Source of the DNA: an uncultured delta proteobacterium
GTDB lineage: Bacteria; Desulfobacterota; Desulfobaccia; Desulfobaccales; 0-14-0-80-60-11
Direction of reading: 5' to 3'
NCBI GenBank assembly: GCA_963812015.1
Contig: CAWETI010000003.1
Span: 1-64,000, forward strand
DNA length: 64,000 nt
The notes under the pieces were generated by a model. The model did not search any database, was not told where the DNA came from, and saw only the letters and a program-made list of their open reading frames with translations. The position numbers and the translations under genes were made by a program. Shown here in pieces: positions 59,984 through 64,000 of this stretch (position 1 is the stretch's first letter; each line of letters begins with the position of its first letter).

Positions 59984-60828
59984 TTGGTCAGCCTCTCCCC
60001 GGTGAGTTGGATAAACACGTCTTCCAGATTGACCTGGCGGATGATGACGCCGGAGGGTTCGGTTTGCGCCCGGGCATAGGCCGCCTCTTTATCCCGGACC
60101 AGCAGATACTGCCGCCGCCCGCTGTTGAGGGTTTCCACCACATACCCTCCCACCTTGGCCACCAGGGCCTGCGGGGTGTCCAGGGCGATGAGCCGGCCCC
60201 GGTTCAGGACCCCCACCCGGTCACAGAGCATTTCCGCTTCCTCGATATAGTGGGTGGTCAGGATAATAGTGATGCCCCCCAGCTTGAGTTCCTGGATGAG
60301 ACTCCAGAGTTGGCGCCGCACTTGGGGGTCAAGACCCACGGTGGGCTCATCTAAAAAAAGCACCCGAGGCCGGGACACCAGGGCCCGGAGTACCAGGAGC
60401 CGCCGCTGCATCCCCCCGGAGAAATCCCGCACCAGGCTGTCCGCTCGTTCCTGCAAGTCCCCGAACTCCAGGAGTTCCGCTATCCGGTGCCGCAGCGCCG
60501 GCATTCGGTACAACCGCCCGTAGATCCACAAGTTTTCAAACGCGGTCAGTTCCCGGTCCAGGTTGATTTCCTGGGGGCAGACCCCGATGAGCTTTTTCAC
60601 GTCCAACGGCTGGCGCACTACATCAAAGCCGTGAATCCGGGCCGTGCCCCGGGTGGGTTGGGCCAGAGTGGTCAAAATCTTAATGGTGGTGGTTTTGCCC
60701 GCCCCGTTGGGGCCCAGCAGGCCAAAGATCTCTCCCGGGGGAATCTGCAAAGATAAACCGTCCAGGGCCACAAGGTCCTGGTATTGCTTCCCCAGATTGT
60801 CAGTAAAAATCATGGTGTCCATAGCCAT
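59980..60828 (-). CDS. ABC transporter ATP-binding protein (DrrA/NodI-like)
   Basis: GPNGAGKTT, FSGGMQRR, LDEPTVGLD and TTHYIEEA motifs. Start approximate. Confidence 0.92.
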   Translation of the reverse strand: MAMDTMIFTDNLGKQYQDLVALDGLSLQIPPGEIFGLLGPNGAGKTTTIKILTTLAQPTRGTARIHGFDVVRQPLDVKKLIGVCPQEINLDRELTAFENLWIYGRLYRMPALRHRIAELLEFGDLQERADSLVRDFSGGMQRRLLVLRALVSRPRVLFLDEPTVGLDPQVRRQLWSLIQELKLGGITIILTTHYIEEAEMLCDRVGVLNRGRLIALDTPQALVAKVGGYVVETLNSGRRQYLLVRDKEAAYARAQTEPSGVIIRQVNLEDVFIQLTGERLTK

Positions 60829-60936
60829 ATCGGAGGCAAAAAACTTGCATAGAGTCACGCTGGCGGGGCTTGGCGCACGCCAGTCAACCCCGGCATGAAT
60901 ATTATAACCTGATTTTGGCAAAAGCGGGGGGGTAAG

Positions 60937-61110
60937 GGGGCTGCCGCATCATTTCCGGAATTCCCGGAGCAGACCAAATGCTCGAGGTCTCCGTAAACCG
61001 GCATCGAACAGTTGAGGCTGAAACCAACGGCAGGAGGTCAGGTATGAGGTCCCGGTGGCCGGGCCCTGGCCACCAGGGGTTGATTGGTCATCAAGGGGTG
61101 CGGCAGTCCC
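60937..61110. ncRNA. Candidate structured non-coding RNA (family unassigned)
   Basis: Closing stem GGGGCTGCCGCATC / GGTGCGGCAGTCCC, second helix GACCAA/TTGGTC, and internal hairpins. Confidence 0.35.
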
Positions 61111-61122
61111 GCCCCGGGTGCC

Positions 61123-62868
61123 TCAAAGGGGGGTGACTTTACCATCCTGGACCTGGTATCCCAGGGTTTTCAGGATGACTGCCTGCTGGTCAGTGACTTC
61201 CTCGATCACCCTCTTCAGTTTGCCGTCGGGGTCCTTGGCGTAGATGGCGGTCCGTAAAGCCCGCAATTCCTCCATGGCCTCGCTGGGGGTCATTTTGCTA
61301 CCGGCGGCAGCCAGCCGCTGGCAGAGCAGCGTGAGGTAAGTGAGGGCCGCCACACAGACGAACAGGTGAACCCGGACCTTCGAATCGGTCCAGTGGTATA
61401 AAGGCAACAGCGCTTTTTGGAAGAGACTGCGGTTATCTTTGGCGTTGCCGTGAGGCCGGATACCATTGCTGCCTTTGTCATTGCCCAACTCGGGTCCCAG
61501 GACGGCCTGGGTCATGCAGGTGTCATAAATCTCCTCCACGCCCCAGTCCATATGATCGGTGATGAGGATATTCTTCCCGAAATGGCGCACGACAGCGGCC
61601 ATCTCACCATGATCCAACTGGAACTCCAGGCGGGGCTGGCCTTTTTCTTCTTTGAAATTCAACTGGAAGAGAGCCGGACTGATTTTGAGGCGGTGGCAAA
61701 GTTGGGCCAGGTGAGTTTTGACGGAGTCAACCGCGTTCCCCTGGGTGGCTTCCTGGGCATAGCGCTGCTGCAACGCCACCATTTCCTTGCGCACCCTCGT
61801 CACTTTTTTGCCCAGCTCCTGGTAGCTCTTATGAAAGCTCTTGGGGTCAAAGGTGATGATTGCCCGGCGAGGACGGTTCCAAAAGGCCGCCTGAGTTTCA
61901 TAATACAGAATTTTTTCGTCTTCTTTGCCAACGTAAGAGGGCAGGGCCTCACGTTTCCCCGGGAGGGGGCGGAAATCTTTCAAAGAAATTTCGGTCAGCT
62001 CGGGGGCAAACTCCGGGGCGTAAGAGGCAATAAAGTGCATGCCTTCTTTGGCATCGATCTGCTCAATGAGGGGTGCGGTGTCCATTTGTTGGTTGACGAG
62101 CAAGGTGACATCCTGGATCTTCACCCCCAGGCTGGAGACTTTGGCCAGGAGGCGCTCCATATGATCAGAGAAGCCGGTGACGGGCAAGCCACCGGAAAAA
62201 CTCTGGTAATAAAACGGAACCCCGGCGCTCTTCTCGGCAATCAAGGCCAATCCCAACTGTTGTTGGGCATAATGTTCCGCCAGGAAATCCTGATCCGGCT
62301 GGGGAATCCCCTCAAAGGCCGACGGCTTGGGAGGAGAGGAAATATTGGCGGCCTCAATGACCAGGCGGTACGGCTGAGAAGGCAGGAGTGAATGGACCTT
62401 TTTAAAAAAGGCCGTCTTGATTTTGTCCAGGTCAGAATCACTGATCCGATCCCAGTGGTTCCAAAAATTTTGGGAGTTCAAAGATTCCAGCCTCAGGGGG
62501 CGAATCCTTTGAATATCTGTGGTTTCGTACCAGTTAGCCAGTTGCCTTTTGCTGGTGGGGGCGATGGCCCGGTTCAGCGCGGCATAGAAGACCAGTTCCC
62601 CCAGCGAGGGCCCCCGGACTCGTTTTTTGGGGGGGAGGATCTCATTAATCATCCCGGCCAAGTCCATGGCTCGATCAAGTTCGTTGAGGGCAAAAACCGA
62701 CCCGAACTCCTTGGGGGAGAACCCACCTTTTCCTAAAACCTCCTGGACCTTATCTGCGGTGCCCAGGTACACTTGGTTAATCGTGGTGGGTTTGCCATAG
62801 ACCCGCTGGGTTTCCCGAATATAAAAATATTCATGACCCTTTTTGACTTTCTTGTAGAGATGCGCCAT
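61123..62868 (-). CDS. IS1634-family transposase-like protein lacking recognisable DDE residues
   Basis: AHLYKK.KKG..Y.YIRE..RV.GKP...QVYLG, NRAIAP.SK, SQNFW, FGKNILITD and PLYHWTDSKVRVHLFVCV motifs. Expected acidic positions are degenerate. Confidence 0.75.
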   Translation of the reverse strand: MAHLYKKVKKGHEYFYIRETQRVYGKPTTINQVYLGTADKVQEVLGKGGFSPKEFGSVFALNELDRAMDLAGMINEILPPKKRVRGPSLGELVFYAALNRAIAPTSKRQLANWYETTDIQRIRPLRLESLNSQNFWNHWDRISDSDLDKIKTAFFKKVHSLLPSQPYRLVIEAANISSPPKPSAFEGIPQPDQDFLAEHYAQQQLGLALIAEKSAGVPFYYQSFSGGLPVTGFSDHMERLLAKVSSLGVKIQDVTLLVNQQMDTAPLIEQIDAKEGMHFIASYAPEFAPELTEISLKDFRPLPGKREALPSYVGKEDEKILYYETQAAFWNRPRRAIITFDPKSFHKSYQELGKKVTRVRKEMVALQQRYAQEATQGNAVDSVKTHLAQLCHRLKISPALFQLNFKEEKGQPRLEFQLDHGEMAAVVRHFGKNILITDHMDWGVEEIYDTCMTQAVLGPELGNDKGSNGIRPHGNAKDNRSLFQKALLPLYHWTDSKVRVHLFVCVAALTYLTLLCQRLAAAGSKMTPSEAMEELRALRTAIYAKDPDGKLKRVIEEVTDQQAVILKTLGYQVQDGKVTPL

Positions 62869-62955
62869 TTTCAATCCATTTTTTAATAAATTAAGTTAAT
62901 TTTTAAATTAACGCCGCTATTAATTTAACAAATTTTTTGTCACGAAGAAAATGAG

Positions 62956-62991
62956 GCAAAGTACTCTTTTTTATAGAGCAAAGTACTCTTT
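62956..62991. promoter_or_regulatory. 14-bp direct repeat GCAAAGTACTCTTT x2 (22-bp period), candidate regulator sites
   Basis: Copies at 62956-62969 and 62978-62991, upstream of the transposase-like gene. Confidence 0.5.
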
Positions 62992-63053
62992 CGCTAGTCT
63001 TTTGAGTAGAGAATTCAGTATCCTATCAACTAGGAGGGGGACTACTGTAGGGT

Positions 63054-63707
63054 TCAGGAAAGGGAAGAGGCCGTATATCCCATGCGGATGGCGTATTTCA
63101 CCAGGTCGGTATTTTTCTTGAGGTTTAATTTCTTCATAATTTTCGTGCGATGATTTTGAATGGTTCGGAAACTGAGAAACAGGATTTCCGCAATTTCTTT
63201 GCTCGATTTGCCCTCGGCGATCAGGGTGATAATCTCAATTTCCCGGGGGGAGAGTTGGTCGGAAGGTTCGACATTGTCCTGGCGCCGATTCTGGACATAG
63301 ATGGTTACCAGGTCACTGGAAAGCAAGGGGGACACGTAGATCATCCCCTGCCTGATCTGCTCGATGGCATAGAGAAGTTCTTTGGGGGCATCCTCTTTCA
63401 GCAGATAGCCGTCCACTCCGGCCGCCAGGGCATTATTCAGGTATTCGGTCTTTTTGTGCATGGTCAGAATCAACACTTTGACAGCCGGGTAGGCCTTCTT
63501 AATCTCTCGGGTGGCTTCTATCCCCGGGAGCGAAGGCATGGAGATATCGAGGATCACCATATCAACCGCCCGGCCTTTCAAAAGCTTCAGCAGCTCCAGT
63601 CCATCCCCCACTTCTCCCACGACTTCCAGTCCTGGTATTGCTTCAATGATTTTCTTAATCCCTTCGCGCACCAGAACGTGATCTTCGGCTAAGATAATTT
63701 TATACAT
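63054..63707 (-). CDS. NarL/FixJ-family response regulator
   Basis: ILAEDH, LDISMP, LTMH, and LuxR HTH LSPRE..IAEGKSSKEIA. Confidence 0.95.
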   Translation of the reverse strand: MYKIILAEDHVLVREGIKKIIEAIPGLEVVGEVGDGLELLKLLKGRAVDMVILDISMPSLPGIEATREIKKAYPAVKVLILTMHKKTEYLNNALAAGVDGYLLKEDAPKELLYAIEQIRQGMIYVSPLLSSDLVTIYVQNRRQDNVEPSDQLSPREIEIITLIAEGKSSKEIAEILFLSFRTIQNHRTKIMKKLNLKKNTDLVKYAIRMGYTASSLS

Positions 63708-63709
63708 GA

Positions 63710-64000
63710 CTATTTCCATGAATTACTCGTTGGAATAGAAAACCTGATGGTGGTCCCCTGACCCTGCCGGCTTGAGATCTGGAGCGAGCCTTCGGCCATG
63801 AGGGCCCTTTCATTCATGGCACTCAACCCCAGACTTTTTTGGGCGACCTTCCGGGACATGGCCCTCCTTAAATTAAACCCTCGGCCGTTATCTTTTATCA
63901 CAAAGGTTACTTGCCCGTTATCTCTTTTCACCTTCACCGAGACCAGGCTGGCCCTGGCATGCTTGACCACATTAGTCAAGGATTCCTGAAAAATGCGATA
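63710..64000 (-). CDS. NarX/UhpB-type sensor histidine kinase, C-terminal part (truncated by window)
   Basis: RIFQESLTNVVKHA, DNGRGF, LGL..MNER and GQGT motifs. Confidence 0.9.
   Translation of the reverse strand, partial: YRIFQESLTNVVKHARASLVSVKVKRDNGQVTFVIKDNGRGFNLRRAMSRKVAQKSLGLSAMNERALMAEGSLQISSRQGQGTTIRFSIPTSNSWK

Noticed and set aside
60937..61110. Assignment as 6S RNA, SRP RNA or cobalamin riboswitch
   Set aside because: It is branched rather than rod-like, and has no SRP GGAA loop motif or B12 box; kept only as an unassigned candidate.

Overview
GC-rich bacterial chromosomal window. Gene content (archaeal-type ADH/DHQ-synthase-II shikimate entry, cytochrome c3, DUF3786, Sec formate dehydrogenase, FmdE fusion) suggests a Desulfobacterota/deltaproteobacterial anaerobe; this is inference. 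The backbone is housekeeping: metK-like, tmRNA, aro/phe operon, tRNA-fMet, tyrS, pcnB, pgpA-cinA-thpR-recA-alaS, lemA, purC, queD, cdd, tilS, modBAC and Sec-fdh. It is interrupted by AT-rich single-gene cassettes (FRG, TIR, HicBA, IS1595 remnant with passenger) and several palindromic REP/MITE-like repeat families. Most notable: (1) an orphan QatB-QatC pair with no QatA/QatD in the window; (2) a full-length but apparently catalytically dead IS1634-like transposase with a candidate structured RNA at its 3' end; (3) a complete IS110 element inside a REP-like repeat whose bridge-RNA guides, CT core and circle-junction promoter can be read from the sequence; (4) an unannotated Phe/Tyr/Trp-rich leader-peptide attenuator for the aromatic operon; (5) a pseudokinase-TM-SPOR protein coupled to purC; (6) a repeat translated in frame at the AroD N-terminus. 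Several single-base frameshifts may be sequencing errors. All calls come from motif recognition by eye; no searches were run.
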